NCBI GenBank assembly: GCA_963691875.1 | Contig: OY829846.1 | Coordinates: forward strand, 2,144,001 to 2,208,000 | Source of the DNA: Aureliella sp. | GTDB taxonomy: Bacteria > Planctomycetota > Planctomycetia > Pirellulales > Pirellulaceae | Direction: 5' to 3' | Length of the DNA: 64,000 nt | Shown here: positions 18,684 through 29,080 of the stretch, piece after piece | Position numbering within the stretch: position 1 is the stretch's first letter | Layout of the letters: each line of letters opens with the position of its first letter | Program-made: the position numbers and the translations under genes | The notes under the pieces: generated by a model | Told to the model about the DNA's origin: nothing | The model's input: only the letters and a program-made list of their open reading frames with translations | Databases searched by the model: none

Positions 18684-20258
18684 ATGATAGTAAAGACGTT
18701 AAATCCAACACCGCCAGCTCGTGTGTTGCTGCTGACTTGCTTAATCATGCAGTCATCGCTTGCATGTAATGCGGGAGAATCGAATCCAGGTGCAGCCGCC
18801 ACCAAGCGTCCTAACATCTTGTTCATCATGTCGGACGACCACACGACTCAGGCCATTGGTGCCTACGGAAGTCGTCTTGCGGGGCTTAATCCAACTCCAA
18901 ACATCGATGCGTTGGCCACAGGTGGAATGCGATTCGACCGAGTGTTCTGCAATAACTCAATCTGCACGCCGAGCCGCGCGAGCATTATCACTGGGCAATA
19001 TCCTCAAACGAATGGAGTGCTGGATCTCGCCGGGAATATTCCTCCCTCGCAACAATTTCTTCCCATCGAGATGAAGAAGGCTGGCTACCAAACCGCCATG
19101 ATTGGAAAATGGCACCTCAAACAAGAGCCCGCTGCTTTTGATTACTACTGCGTTCTTCCAGGTCAGGGACGCTATTTTGATCCCACTTTTCGAGTTCGCG
19201 GCGAGAATTCATGGCCCAAGAACACGATTCAGAAAAAGGGCAGTCACTCTAGCGATGCAATCACCGATCTCAGCCTTGAATGGCTGGAGAAGTCGTGGCA
19301 TCGCGATAAGCCGTTCTTTCTAATGCATCACTTCAAAGCACCTCATGACATGTTCCAGAACGCCCCGCGTTACGAAACCTATCTTGAGGATGAAACAATT
19401 CCCGAACCCAGCAACCTGCGAGGGCAACCCACAACTGGCTTCGGCTCCGGTGCCAGTCGCGGATATGGTTCGGGCTTGGCAAAGGGACACGAAAAGTGGC
19501 AACTCGGGCGGCGTTTGGGAATCGACCAGAACTTGGAGGAGCCGGAGTATACGACGCAGAACTACCAAAAGTACCTGAAACGCTACTTGCGCTGCGTCAA
19601 AGGCGTGGATGACAACGTGAAGCGTTTAGTCGAGTTCCTGCGCACCGCAGGTGAACTTGAAAATACGATCATCATCTACACCGGCGACCAAGGATTCTTC
19701 CTCGGTGAACACGATCTTATGGACAAACGCTGGATCTACGAAGAGGCGATGAGGATGCCGTTGATCGTTCATTACCCAGCAGGGGTAAAGCAGAAATCGA
19801 CGAACAACTGGCTGATCAACAACACGGACTTTGCACCAACGATTCTCGCATTTGCAGGCGTAGAAACACCGGCGTACATGCAAGGAAGAAGTTTTGCTGC
19901 AGCCATCCACGGAGAAGCGAAACCTGCCGACTGGCGAAAGGCAACCTACTATCGCTACTGGATGCACATGGCCCACAACCTGCGCGTTCCAGCGCACTTT
20001 GGCCTACGCACCGATCGCTACAAGCTCATCTTCTTCTATGGCACCACACCTGACGGCAAGAATCCAACACCTGTCGCCTGGGAGTTCTATGACCTCGCAC
20101 AAGACCCCCAAGAGATGCAGAACAAATACGAGGATCCGAAGTATGCTACCAAGATCGCCGAGCTGAAGGAGGAACTGCAGAAGAAACGTCAAAAGCTGCG
20201 CGAGACCGATAACAACTTTCCAGCCGTCCAAGGGATCATTGATATCCACTGGAACTAA
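18684..20258 (+). CDS. S1 formylglycine-dependent sulfatase (GlcNAc-6-sulfatase-like)
   Basis: PNILFIMSDDH, CTPSRASIITG (CxPxR), GKWHL, KAPH and DQGFFLGEH…DKR motifs; signal peptide. Confidence 0.93.
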   Translation: MIVKTLNPTPPARVLLLTCLIMQSSLACNAGESNPGAAATKRPNILFIMSDDHTTQAIGAYGSRLAGLNPTPNIDALATGGMRFDRVFCNNSICTPSRASIITGQYPQTNGVLDLAGNIPPSQQFLPIEMKKAGYQTAMIGKWHLKQEPAAFDYYCVLPGQGRYFDPTFRVRGENSWPKNTIQKKGSHSSDAITDLSLEWLEKSWHRDKPFFLMHHFKAPHDMFQNAPRYETYLEDETIPEPSNLRGQPTTGFGSGASRGYGSGLAKGHEKWQLGRRLGIDQNLEEPEYTTQNYQKYLKRYLRCVKGVDDNVKRLVEFLRTAGELENTIIIYTGDQGFFLGEHDLMDKRWIYEEAMRMPLIVHYPAGVKQKSTNNWLINNTDFAPTILAFAGVETPAYMQGRSFAAAIHGEAKPADWRKATYYRYWMHMAHNLRVPAHFGLRTDRYKLIFFYGTTPDGKNPTPVAWEFYDLAQDPQEMQNKYEDPKYATKIAELKEELQKKRQKLRETDNNFPAVQGIIDIHWN

Positions 20259-20285
20259 CGCGCCCCCTCCGCAATACAAAATGAT

Positions 20286-20774
20286 TTACGGATTAGCGGG
20301 ACCAGGCATTGGCAGTCGATGCTTAGCAACTATCTTGTCGAATAGCTGGCGCGGGCTGGCGGCTGTTCTAAAGTTGCCGCTCCGTTCCTCGTCAACAAAA
20401 ACGTTAACTTGAACACACTGAAAACAGATCACCAAGTCTACGACTTCCTTCGCCCTTGATATCCTAAGACCGTGCCGCGGCTTGGAGCATCCAGTCGCAT
20501 CGTCTGGGGCAGAAGCAATGCCAGACTTGAAACCTTCGACGCTCTCCCTTCCTTTCTCTTCGTCGAGCTTCGCACTTACTAGGACTTCCCAGCCGTGGAA
20601 ATCGCTTTCGGGTTGTTCGTTAAGGTGCTCTGGATTGAGCCAGTAGAGTTCAACGTCCTGGTCGCTCTTCAAAATCACTGCCAGTTCGTCTGGTAATCCC
20701 CAAGAATCGACCTCGCTCTTGCCACAGCGAGGAAATATCGCAAGCGTCAGAATCACTATGCAATGCTGTTTCAT
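20286..20774 (-). CDS. Hypothetical protein, probably exported
   Basis: Hydrophobic N-terminus followed by Cys; C-x-x-PRH…ICFQC motif. Confidence 0.6.
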   Translation of the reverse strand: MKQHCIVILTLAIFPRCGKSEVDSWGLPDELAVILKSDQDVELYWLNPEHLNEQPESDFHGWEVLVSAKLDEEKGRESVEGFKSGIASAPDDATGCSKPRHGLRISRAKEVVDLVICFQCVQVNVFVDEERSGNFRTAASPRQLFDKIVAKHRLPMPGPANP

Positions 20775-20930
20775 TGCGATTCTAGCCCTTGAGAACTGGC
20801 GAGAAACGAGCCGCATGAACGCGGAACGTGGAGAATCTCAAACGGACTCCCTAGATCCTATGCTCTGCAGATCACTGAAGCAGATTGGCTGATACTATGT
20901 CGAGTCTAAGGCCGGCTGAAGGTCAAAAGA

Positions 20931-21479
20931 TCACAGCTCGTTCTGCTCGCCAAGCCACTGGGCTAACTCTTTGATATCTTCGACTTCCATGCCGAAAACC
21001 ATATCCAGGCGGTGTGACGCGTGAACGGCCAAAACGTGATACTCCCGGAAGTAAATCACTTGCTCCTGCTGCACGCCGTGCAAGCGTGATTCGACTAAAG
21101 GATTGTCTACTCGAGCGGAAAAGAAATCTCCTTCCCTCTGGATGACTTGCCCCCAAAAATCCTCTCCCCAGCCACGCGAAGGTACGGGTTGGGGCGGCAG
21201 TGGGACCAACGTCGCTGGGTGGTCATGCCGCAATATAGGACTGGAAAGTTCCCCGCTGCAGGAGGGGCAACTGCACTGAGCCGCATCTTCTTCGTGCATC
21301 GAAAAACGCAGCGAATCCAAACGCAGCTCAACAAAGTGCCCTACAGCGACATGCCGTTTGATCACTGGCGGAGGAATCTGAAACTGTTTGCCGAATTCCT
21401 CCTGCTTGGCGACGCCGTCGATCAACTCGTAATCGTTCAAAAAAACTTGCTCGCAAAATTGAAACTCAAGAGATGGCAT
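20931..21479 (-). CDS. Hypothetical protein with a CxCxxC motif
   Basis: 182-aa ORF of protein-like composition; CSCPSC and GWGEDFW. Confidence 0.65.
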   Translation of the reverse strand: MPSLEFQFCEQVFLNDYELIDGVAKQEEFGKQFQIPPPVIKRHVAVGHFVELRLDSLRFSMHEEDAAQCSCPSCSGELSSPILRHDHPATLVPLPPQPVPSRGWGEDFWGQVIQREGDFFSARVDNPLVESRLHGVQQEQVIYFREYHVLAVHASHRLDMVFGMEVEDIKELAQWLGEQNEL

Positions 21480-21665
21480 AAGAACAAGTACTGAATTCGA
21501 TAGGATGCGATCGGCAAATTGGCACTAGCGTGATGCATATTACCAAAAGCTGCTTTGGCTGCCAGTTGATTTGCCGGCCTCGATCTTTGGCAAGATGCAG
21601 CTGTGATTCTCCTAATGTCTCCGCTCAATGAATGTTTTTCTTATAGCTCGAATCTGCTCTACCAA

Positions 21666-22107
21666 ATGAATTTCAGTCTTCCAATATGCGGCATTCTATT
21701 GCTGTTAAATTGCGGGTGCTCTGAGCAAGAGTCAACGCCCGATCTGACCAGCGGCTTTCCAGCCGAATTCTTTGCCCCGAGTGAAGGTGGCGATGTTAAC
21801 GTTGCAACGTTGAAGGCATCCGTTTTCGAGAACTTTCAGGAGTTTTGCGACAGAATAAGCTTCAGCCAGACGCATAAATTCGAGTTTCCGTCGAGTTGGA
21901 CGAAAACGGCAACTATCTCTGCATGCTGAACTTCGACAACACTCCTTTTCCCCGTGGGATTTCGTCAACCGATCAGGTGAATTACCCGTCGTGCTGGATG
22001 GCAAAAGTGCTGAGTTTCTGCGCGGCACTACCATCGACTGGCACGAAGACGAGGAGAAACGCGGATTTGTTTTCAACAATCCGAACGGTATTAGAGCTGA
22101 GAAGTAA
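21666..22107 (+). pseudogene. Frameshifted lipoprotein with a HesB/IscA/ErpA-like domain lacking the Cys motifs
   Basis: Lipobox-like LLLLNCGC; after -1 shifts at AAA 21876-78 and GGG 21956-58 it reads IRVSVELD…MLNFD…VVLDGKSAEFLRGTTIDW…GFVFNNPN, stop TAA 22105-07. Confidence 0.65.
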
Positions 22108-22709
22108 GTTCCACCTCCTGCGCGGGTCTCATCTATAACGCCAGGCTAACTGAAGGTGTCTAGTCGACTTTGACGCGATCGCCGGCGAACGGACCTGCAA
22201 CAATGCGAGCAATGAAAAGAATGAAGAAGGTAAATGAGTTGCTCACCGCCCCGGCGGCGACCGGAAGCCGATTCTGCGAATGCAGGGATTAGAAGCCGAG
22301 CCAGAGTAACTTGAGCACTCAATGCCTCCGACGATATTCACGCGGCTGCCATAATTTTGATCGCGGCGTATTTTTCAATCCACACGAAAAGTGGCTCTAC
22401 GGGATCTCCCATGCACCAGCCAATCGAGAATCTAGGAACATCAGGAAATGGCTACCAGCGCGCAGGAAACTGAACTGGTAAATCGGATGACAAAGCAACT
22501 GACAGCCAAAGAACTATTGCTTCGGATCACTCGATGCTCAGCCCTGATAGTTTCGGGGCGCAAGTCTATCTGCGACTATAAACCGGGACGTCCAAATTGC
22601 GAGGATGACAAGCGGTCGGGAATCATATCCCACACTTGCATCGACAAGCCCTGACGATACCCGCTACGAGATGGCCTAACTTCTCGCGAAGTGAATTACG
22701 ATTCTTACG

Positions 22710-24839
22710 TTAAGTGAGCCAAGCGATGTCCTTAACGATGACGAAGGCCATCAAGCCGAGGAGGCAAAGCACGCCAGCCATGGTGAGCCGAACTTGAAGT
22801 GCTTCATTCACCGGCTTGCCCATAATGGCTTCGGCCGTCAAGAACACCATATGTCCTCCGTCCAGTGCCGGAATCGGTAGGAAGTTCAAAATCGCCAAGT
22901 TGGCGCTTAGCATGGTCAGGAAGAGCAGCAAGCGGGATGTACCAAAACTCGCTTCGCTAGCCGCTTGCTGCGCGATGGTAATTGGGCCGCCCAGCCCGTT
23001 TATACTCAGTCGCCCTGTGACCAGAAGGCGCAGGAATCGCAATACACTTTTGAAGCGGCGTTTGGTTTCCCAGAAGCCCAGCGCCGCGGCGTCGCTAAGA
23101 TCCTTGGCATAGTGCACGTCCGAGAGAGGGGTCAACGAAAGCGAACGAATGGGCCAGTACCAGTCTTGCTGGTAAGCTACTACGCCTTTCAAGTTGTCTT
23201 TGACTTTGCCGTCGCGACGCACTGCACAAACCAGGGTAGACTTCTCCGGCATAACCTGAATATCGCTAAACAGCAGTGCAGTGTTATCTTTCTCATCAAG
23301 GTCGCGGACTTCATAAGCTTTGTCTTTAAAGCTTCCGGACAATGCAGCACGTTCTTCGGCGGTAACAACCCATTGAACCTTGAGGAGCTCGTCGCCAACC
23401 TCAAAGCCAGCTTTGGAAGCAGCTTCATCGACGGCTGAAATTGTCTTCTCGACAGCGTATGCAATGCCCAGGCCGGACAACGACAGCTCAGTGGACACCG
23501 GTGCAAGCATGTCGAATTGAGCTTGCTCAGGTCCAGTCATCTTGAATTCAAGTGTTTCCGCCTTGTCACCTTTACCACGCAGAACCTCAAGCGTTACTTC
23601 CTGTCCAGCCAGCAGGGCTGCTTGATGTGGCAGTCTCAAGGAATCGACAACTGCTTCACCGTTGATTTTCTGAATGACATCCCCAGCTTGAATCCCGGAC
23701 TCCGCCGCCGGAGAATTCTTCCGCAAGGCAGTAACCGGCCCCATGGCGAACCCGATTCCGATGGATTTAACTGGGATGGCGGGGATTTCCACAGTGAAGT
23801 TGGCCGAGTCTTTCCGCTCGAGTTCCAGCGTCACCGGCTTGTTCCAGTTGGCTTGGAAATGCCGGATGAATTCATCGCCCATCGTGACGCCATAGCGTTC
23901 GTCAACAGGCAGCTTCTCTCCGTTGACTGCGACAACCACGTCCCCCGGCTGTACGTCAGGGTCCGCCTCTGCAAGATAGCTATTAGGACTAAAACGTATT
24001 GGACCGATGGTCGGTGTCAGGCTAGAGCGACAGCCGATCGTGTAAAGTTGCAGTCTAGCGGGGCTATATTTCTGAGTGGGAATAATCCCGGATTCAACGA
24101 TCTCACCATCGCGCCGCAACTGGATCGGAATTTCCTTGTCGTCGTAGTCGAGGCCGTGAAATACCGTTGACATGCGAAAGTCATCGAACCGCAACTTCTC
24201 GAGTGCGGCTGGCATTTCGGCAACTTTGAGAACTTGATCACCTGGTCGAATATCAGCTTGCCAAGCGGGGCCACCGGCATAGGAAGCCCCAACAACGGTC
24301 GGCGTGTACTTCACTCCGTAGTAATAAGCCACTCCGGCGAGGATCACTGCAAAGATCAGATTCATCACGACACCGGCCGAAATGATGATCATACGCTGCC
24401 AAACAGGCTTGGCGGTATACGAACGTGGGTCGAGCGGTGCTTCTTCTCCGTCGCCTTGACGTGTATTGGCAGCTTCTTCCTCTGCTTTTCGTGGATCGTC
24501 ATCCTGCCCGAGCATTTTGACGTAACCACCCAATGGAATGATGCCGATGCCGTATTCAGTTTCGCCCCATTTGAATTTCGCCAAACTTGCAGGCAAACGG
24601 ATGGGGCCAAGACGAATCGGTACATCGAAGCCAACGTAGAACTTATCGCAACGTACGCCAAATGTCTTTGCTGCCAAGAAGTGACCGAGCTCATGAACGA
24701 AAATCACAAAGCCAAGTCCCAAGGCGACTTGTGTCCATTGGTTTAGATTGCTGAGTAGTTCTCCCGCACCCAATATTGGCAGAGCCAGAATGAGATTCCA
24801 GGTGAATGGGATCAGGCTATCGTTTAGCAAACTGCCCAC
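22710..24839 (-). CDS. rseP: Site-2 (M50) intramembrane metalloprotease RseP with PDZ domains
   Basis: HELGH, GGYVKM, AGVVMN and NFLPIPALDGGH motifs; several PDZ-like repeats; directly downstream of dxr. Confidence 0.92.
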   Translation of the reverse strand: MGSLLNDSLIPFTWNLILALPILGAGELLSNLNQWTQVALGLGFVIFVHELGHFLAAKTFGVRCDKFYVGFDVPIRLGPIRLPASLAKFKWGETEYGIGIIPLGGYVKMLGQDDDPRKAEEEAANTRQGDGEEAPLDPRSYTAKPVWQRMIIISAGVVMNLIFAVILAGVAYYYGVKYTPTVVGASYAGGPAWQADIRPGDQVLKVAEMPAALEKLRFDDFRMSTVFHGLDYDDKEIPIQLRRDGEIVESGIIPTQKYSPARLQLYTIGCRSSLTPTIGPIRFSPNSYLAEADPDVQPGDVVVAVNGEKLPVDERYGVTMGDEFIRHFQANWNKPVTLELERKDSANFTVEIPAIPVKSIGIGFAMGPVTALRKNSPAAESGIQAGDVIQKINGEAVVDSLRLPHQAALLAGQEVTLEVLRGKGDKAETLEFKMTGPEQAQFDMLAPVSTELSLSGLGIAYAVEKTISAVDEAASKAGFEVGDELLKVQWVVTAEERAALSGSFKDKAYEVRDLDEKDNTALLFSDIQVMPEKSTLVCAVRRDGKVKDNLKGVVAYQQDWYWPIRSLSLTPLSDVHYAKDLSDAAALGFWETKRRFKSVLRFLRLLVTGRLSINGLGGPITIAQQAASEASFGTSRLLLFLTMLSANLAILNFLPIPALDGGHMVFLTAEAIMGKPVNEALQVRLTMAGVLCLLGLMAFVIVKDIAWLT

Positions 24840-25999
24840 CGATTTATCTCCTCTCGCGCCCAGCGATCTAGACGCATTAGTTCATCTAAAGACGGGTTGG
24901 GGTCGAAATGATGTTCTTCCAGTATTCGACGACAACCCGACACTATTTCTGTGAATTTGATTTTGCCTTGCAGAAAGTTCTCGACAGCAGCTTCGTTGGC
25001 CGCATTGACCACTGCTCCGCAACTTCCGCCTTTTCCAGCTACTTCCCAGCCGAGCTCCAAGGCAGGGAAACGCTCCGTATCAGCTGGGTCTAGGTCCAAT
25101 TGTAGAGCTTGGGACCAATCCATTTTAGGGCATGGACAGTCCATTCTCTCTGGATAGGTCAACGCATACTGGATCGGCAGCCGCATGTCCGGAGGGCTGA
25201 GCTGTGCCACCACGGAGCCATCCACGAACTCGACCATCGAATGAATAATGGATTGCGGATGGACGACGACCTGAATTTTCTCAGGAGGAAGATCAAAAAG
25301 CCATCGAGCTTCGATCACTTCTAGTGCTTTGTTCATCATCGTGGCTGAATCGATCGTAATCTTACGTCCCATTTCCCAAGTTGGATGTGCCAAGGCGTCC
25401 TCGACACCTGCCTGAGCAATTTGTTGCTTGGTCCAAGAACGAAATGGCCCGCCGCTGGCCGTCAGGACGATTCGCTCAACTTCCTTGCCCTGGCCAGCCT
25501 GCAACGCCTGAAAAATAGCGCTGTGCTCGCTATCTACTGGGATCAACTCTCCGCCGCTCTCAGCGAGAGCTGAATTCACCAAACTGCCAGCGACAACAAG
25601 TGCTTCCTTATTGGCAAGTGCAAGGCGTTTTCCAGCTTTTGCGGCGGCCAAAGTGCTGAGCATTCCAGCCGAGCCGACCACTGCTGCCACGACAGTTCCA
25701 ACGTCTGCGGACTCAGCGATTTCAATCAAGGCTTCCGGGCCAAGCAGCATATTGCTGCCAGCTGGCGTTAAAACATCACCAGCTGTCGCCTTCTCAAAGC
25801 TTGTTGGGCAAGTTGCAGCTACTACCTGCGTGTTCGTCGCAGTAGCGATCTCGCAAAGCTCTGCGATGCGGGAATGAGCCGAAAGAGCGACGATCTGCCA
25901 CGGCTCACCCAGCTTCTGAATGACATCCACGGTGGCCGTCCCGATACTGCCTGTCGCTCCTAGGATGGCGACTGCTGTTCTGGGAGCGTTCTGGGACAC
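24824..25999 (-). CDS. dxr: 1-deoxy-D-xylulose-5-phosphate reductoisomerase
   Basis: LGATGSIG, LANKE, PVDSEHSA, TASGGPF, HPTWEMGRKITIDSATMMNK and NAANE motifs. Confidence 0.97.
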   Translation of the reverse strand: MSQNAPRTAVAILGATGSIGTATVDVIQKLGEPWQIVALSAHSRIAELCEIATATNTQVVAATCPTSFEKATAGDVLTPAGSNMLLGPEALIEIAESADVGTVVAAVVGSAGMLSTLAAAKAGKRLALANKEALVVAGSLVNSALAESGGELIPVDSEHSAIFQALQAGQGKEVERIVLTASGGPFRSWTKQQIAQAGVEDALAHPTWEMGRKITIDSATMMNKALEVIEARWLFDLPPEKIQVVVHPQSIIHSMVEFVDGSVVAQLSPPDMRLPIQYALTYPERMDCPCPKMDWSQALQLDLDPADTERFPALELGWEVAGKGGSCGAVVNAANEAAVENFLQGKIKFTEIVSGCRRILEEHHFDPNPSLDELMRLDRWAREEINRWAVC

Positions 26000-26359
26000 T
26001 TGGATTGGGACCGTGGGTTGAGATTATTGGGGCTGTCCCGTGCTTAGGCTGCTACGGTGCAAATTCCCCAGGTGGCTTGGACTGCGAGCATGGTAAGGGT
26101 AAGGTTTGCAGGTATTCGTAGCAATACATTCCTGAGAAGCCGCAAAGCCCCTAAATCGCCCAAAACAGGCCGAGATGCACTTCTCGGACTAAAAAGGGCA
26201 GCTTCCGAGGCAAATTGTATTGGGGACTTTACGCCTTTTCGCCCTTTCGAAAGCTGCTGCGTATACTCTTGAAGCGACGATGCCCGCGGTCAGCGAACTG
26301 CAATTGCTACGGGGATCTCAAAAATTCTCCTATCCAAAATATTTTTCTGTTGGTAAGTA

Positions 26360-28459
26360 ATGGACGAAGATCCAGACAAAAAAGAAGGCAAGCAAAATAA
26401 TTGGGTTTGGTACCTAGTACTGACGAGTTTAGTGCTTTTTGCGGTTGGCATGTTCGTCGTCAACAGCGCGATTTATCGATTGCCCTACCCGGACTTGGTG
26501 AGTCTGCTTGAGGAGCTTAAATATGAGTCGCGCGGTAGCGAAAAGGTGGTCACAACAACCACAACGGAGGATGGTCAAGCTCTAGCTCTCAGGGGAACGC
26601 ACTCGATTCCTTCGGTAACGCAGAAAGACCGCCGCGTTGAGTTGTCAGGGCTGAGAAAGGTGCAAGTTTCGAGCACTTCAATCTCAGGAGAGATCCGCAA
26701 ACAAACCTTCACCAACGATAAACAAGACGGTGAGCCAACTTGGACGAGTTTCCAGACAAACAACAATGACAACGAGCTCGCCAAGCAAGAAATCAAGGAT
26801 GCGCTCGACCGCAGCAATGTGACCTGGAACTACTCTGACCCTCCGAATTTCTTCACAAAATTCGGCCCCATGTTGCTGATGTTCGGTGCAATCTTCCTGA
26901 TCTTTATGCTTTTCGCGCGACGTATCGGAGGCGTTGGTTCTCCGATGTCATTCGGACGTTCCCGAGGCCGACTCTATGCCCAAGACGATATCGGTATCGA
27001 CTTTGATGACATCGCAGGTGTCGACGAAGCGGTAGAGGAAGTACGAGAAATCGTGGATTTCTTGAAATATCCCGAGAAGTATCAGCGATTGGGTGGTCGT
27101 ATTCCCAAGGGGGTCCTTTTGGTTGGTCCTCCTGGAACGGGCAAAACCTTGCTTGCCAAGGCGATCGCTGGCGAAGCTGGCGTTCCCTTCTTCAGCCTTT
27201 CCGGCAGTGACTTCGTGGAGATGTTTGTGGGTGTTGGTGCAGCTCGGGTGCGAGACATGTTCCAGCAAGCCAGCGCCAAGTCACCCTGCATCATCTTCAT
27301 TGATGAGCTCGATGCATTGGGTAAGAGTCGAAGTGGCAACGTCGTCGGTGTACACGATGAACGCGAGCAAACACTGAATGCCTTGTTAGTCGAAATGGAT
27401 GGATTTGATCCCAACACAGGAATCATCGTTATCGCAGCGACTAACCGTCCCGAAACCTTGGATCCTGCGTTGCTTCGGCCTGGAAGATTTGACCGTAACG
27501 TTTTGGTGGATCGTCCAGACAAGAGTGGGCGAGCGCAGATTCTGAAAGTTCATGTCAAGAACGTAAAACTATCGCCGAACGTGGAACTCGAGCAGATCGC
27601 CTCGATAACCAGCGGATTTAGCGGTGCGGACTTGGCGAACCTGGTGAACGAAGCTGCTCTACTAGCGGCAAGAAAAGACAAGAACACCGTTGGGCAGGAG
27701 GAGTTTGACGAGGGTGTGGAGCGTGTGACGGCTGGCTTGGAAAAGAAAAGCCGAATCATGGACGAGGAAGAGAAGAAGCGTGTCGCGTATCACGAAGCGG
27801 CCCACGCTCTGGTTGCCTACTCCTTGCCAAACACCGATCCCGTTCACAAAGTTTCCATCATTCCACGTGGCTTGGCAGCTCTCGGCTACACCATGCAGCG
27901 GCCGTCAGGAGAACGCTTCCTGATGACGCAAGGCGAGCTGGAGGCTCAGATGCAAGTTTTACTTGCTGGTACACTGGCGGAAGAGTTAATATTCAGCGAC
28001 ATCAGCACCGGTGCACAAAACGACTTGGAACGCTGCAGCTCTGTCGCTCGAAGTATGGTCATGGAATTCGGCATGAGTCGCCTTGGCCGTGTCAACTACC
28101 GCGAAAGCGGTCGAACTCCCTTTCTGGGTGGCGGTGGAGCTGAGAGCATCGGCCGAGATCATAGCGAGCAAACTGCTCGCGAAATTGACGAGGAAGTGAT
28201 CCGAATCGTCGATGAAATGGGACAACGCACGCGACAAATCCTGCTGGAACGTCGACAAGCACTAGAGAGTGTGACCGACCGCCTGATGGAAATCGAGGTC
28301 ATGGACGCAGAGGAGCTCGGGCGACTGATCGACGACACGCTTCCTGGACCACGAGTGATGCCTGGCACGCAGGCCAAGCCTGCCGCGGCCTCCGAGGAGC
28401 CTACCACCGAATCGCAATCTGATGATAGCGAAAATAGTTCGACCTCGGAGATGGCGTAG
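26360..28459 (+). CDS. ftsH: ATP-dependent zinc metalloprotease FtsH
   Basis: Two TM segments, Walker A GPPGTGKT, Walker B IFIDE, SRH motif RPGRFD and HEAAH. Confidence 0.97.
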   Translation: MDEDPDKKEGKQNNWVWYLVLTSLVLFAVGMFVVNSAIYRLPYPDLVSLLEELKYESRGSEKVVTTTTTEDGQALALRGTHSIPSVTQKDRRVELSGLRKVQVSSTSISGEIRKQTFTNDKQDGEPTWTSFQTNNNDNELAKQEIKDALDRSNVTWNYSDPPNFFTKFGPMLLMFGAIFLIFMLFARRIGGVGSPMSFGRSRGRLYAQDDIGIDFDDIAGVDEAVEEVREIVDFLKYPEKYQRLGGRIPKGVLLVGPPGTGKTLLAKAIAGEAGVPFFSLSGSDFVEMFVGVGAARVRDMFQQASAKSPCIIFIDELDALGKSRSGNVVGVHDEREQTLNALLVEMDGFDPNTGIIVIAATNRPETLDPALLRPGRFDRNVLVDRPDKSGRAQILKVHVKNVKLSPNVELEQIASITSGFSGADLANLVNEAALLAARKDKNTVGQEEFDEGVERVTAGLEKKSRIMDEEEKKRVAYHEAAHALVAYSLPNTDPVHKVSIIPRGLAALGYTMQRPSGERFLMTQGELEAQMQVLLAGTLAEELIFSDISTGAQNDLERCSSVARSMVMEFGMSRLGRVNYRESGRTPFLGGGGAESIGRDHSEQTAREIDEEVIRIVDEMGQRTRQILLERRQALESVTDRLMEIEVMDAEELGRLIDDTLPGPRVMPGTQAKPAAASEEPTTESQSDDSENSSTSEMA

Positions 28460-28759
28460 TAATCGCAGAGCGGGACAGTTGATTCGGGGGCAGACTTACC
28501 GCCCGACATTACCATTTTCCTGTGGTCTAGTAGCTGCATTTGACGTCCGCTCTTCGCGACACTCAAAAGGTGTCAACAAGTACGCTATAATCGCGTTCTG
28601 TCCGAAAGCTACTGGACGTTAGCGAAACAAAGGTTGGGCAAGGCAAATTGCAATTGGCGGGATATTCGCGTCAAATTTCACTGGCGAACACTGTTTCCAT
28701 TCGTTGCCAGCTTTTCCGCCTTTCGTCTGAGGACACCTTGTAAAAGTGCCCAAATCACA

Positions 28760-29080
28760 GTGTCTTCTGTCAATGAAAACTTGAAGAATCTAACTGAGCT
28801 TTTCGAGAGGGAAGCGCGAGCGGGCAACGCACCAGAGCTAGACAACTTTCTGGATAAAGTCGGCCCAGAGCAACGCGATGCATTGCTGACTCAGTTGATT
28901 CCTACCTACATTCAACATGCGTTGGACAGCGGGCAAGATTTTGTACCGGATTCCTTCGCGAAGTACGGAAAGGTCGCAGTTAAATAGGCGCAAGAGGTCC
29001 TGACTAGTGCGACGAACAAGACACTCGGCTTTGCTTCCGTTCTACAAACTCCAGCCTCTGCGAAAACGCTGCCAGCCGGA
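28760..29080 (+). other. In-frame N-terminal extension of the downstream kinase, interrupted by TAG (28985-28987)
   Basis: Same frame as ORF 29081; FEREARAGNAPELDNFL…RDALLTQLI resembles N-terminal domains of planctomycete kinases; no other stop in between. Confidence 0.6.

Noticed and set aside
20259..22700. Possible integron cassette array
   Set aside because: Genes are in mixed orientation, with no paired RYYYAAC/GTTRRRY attC sites and no integrase
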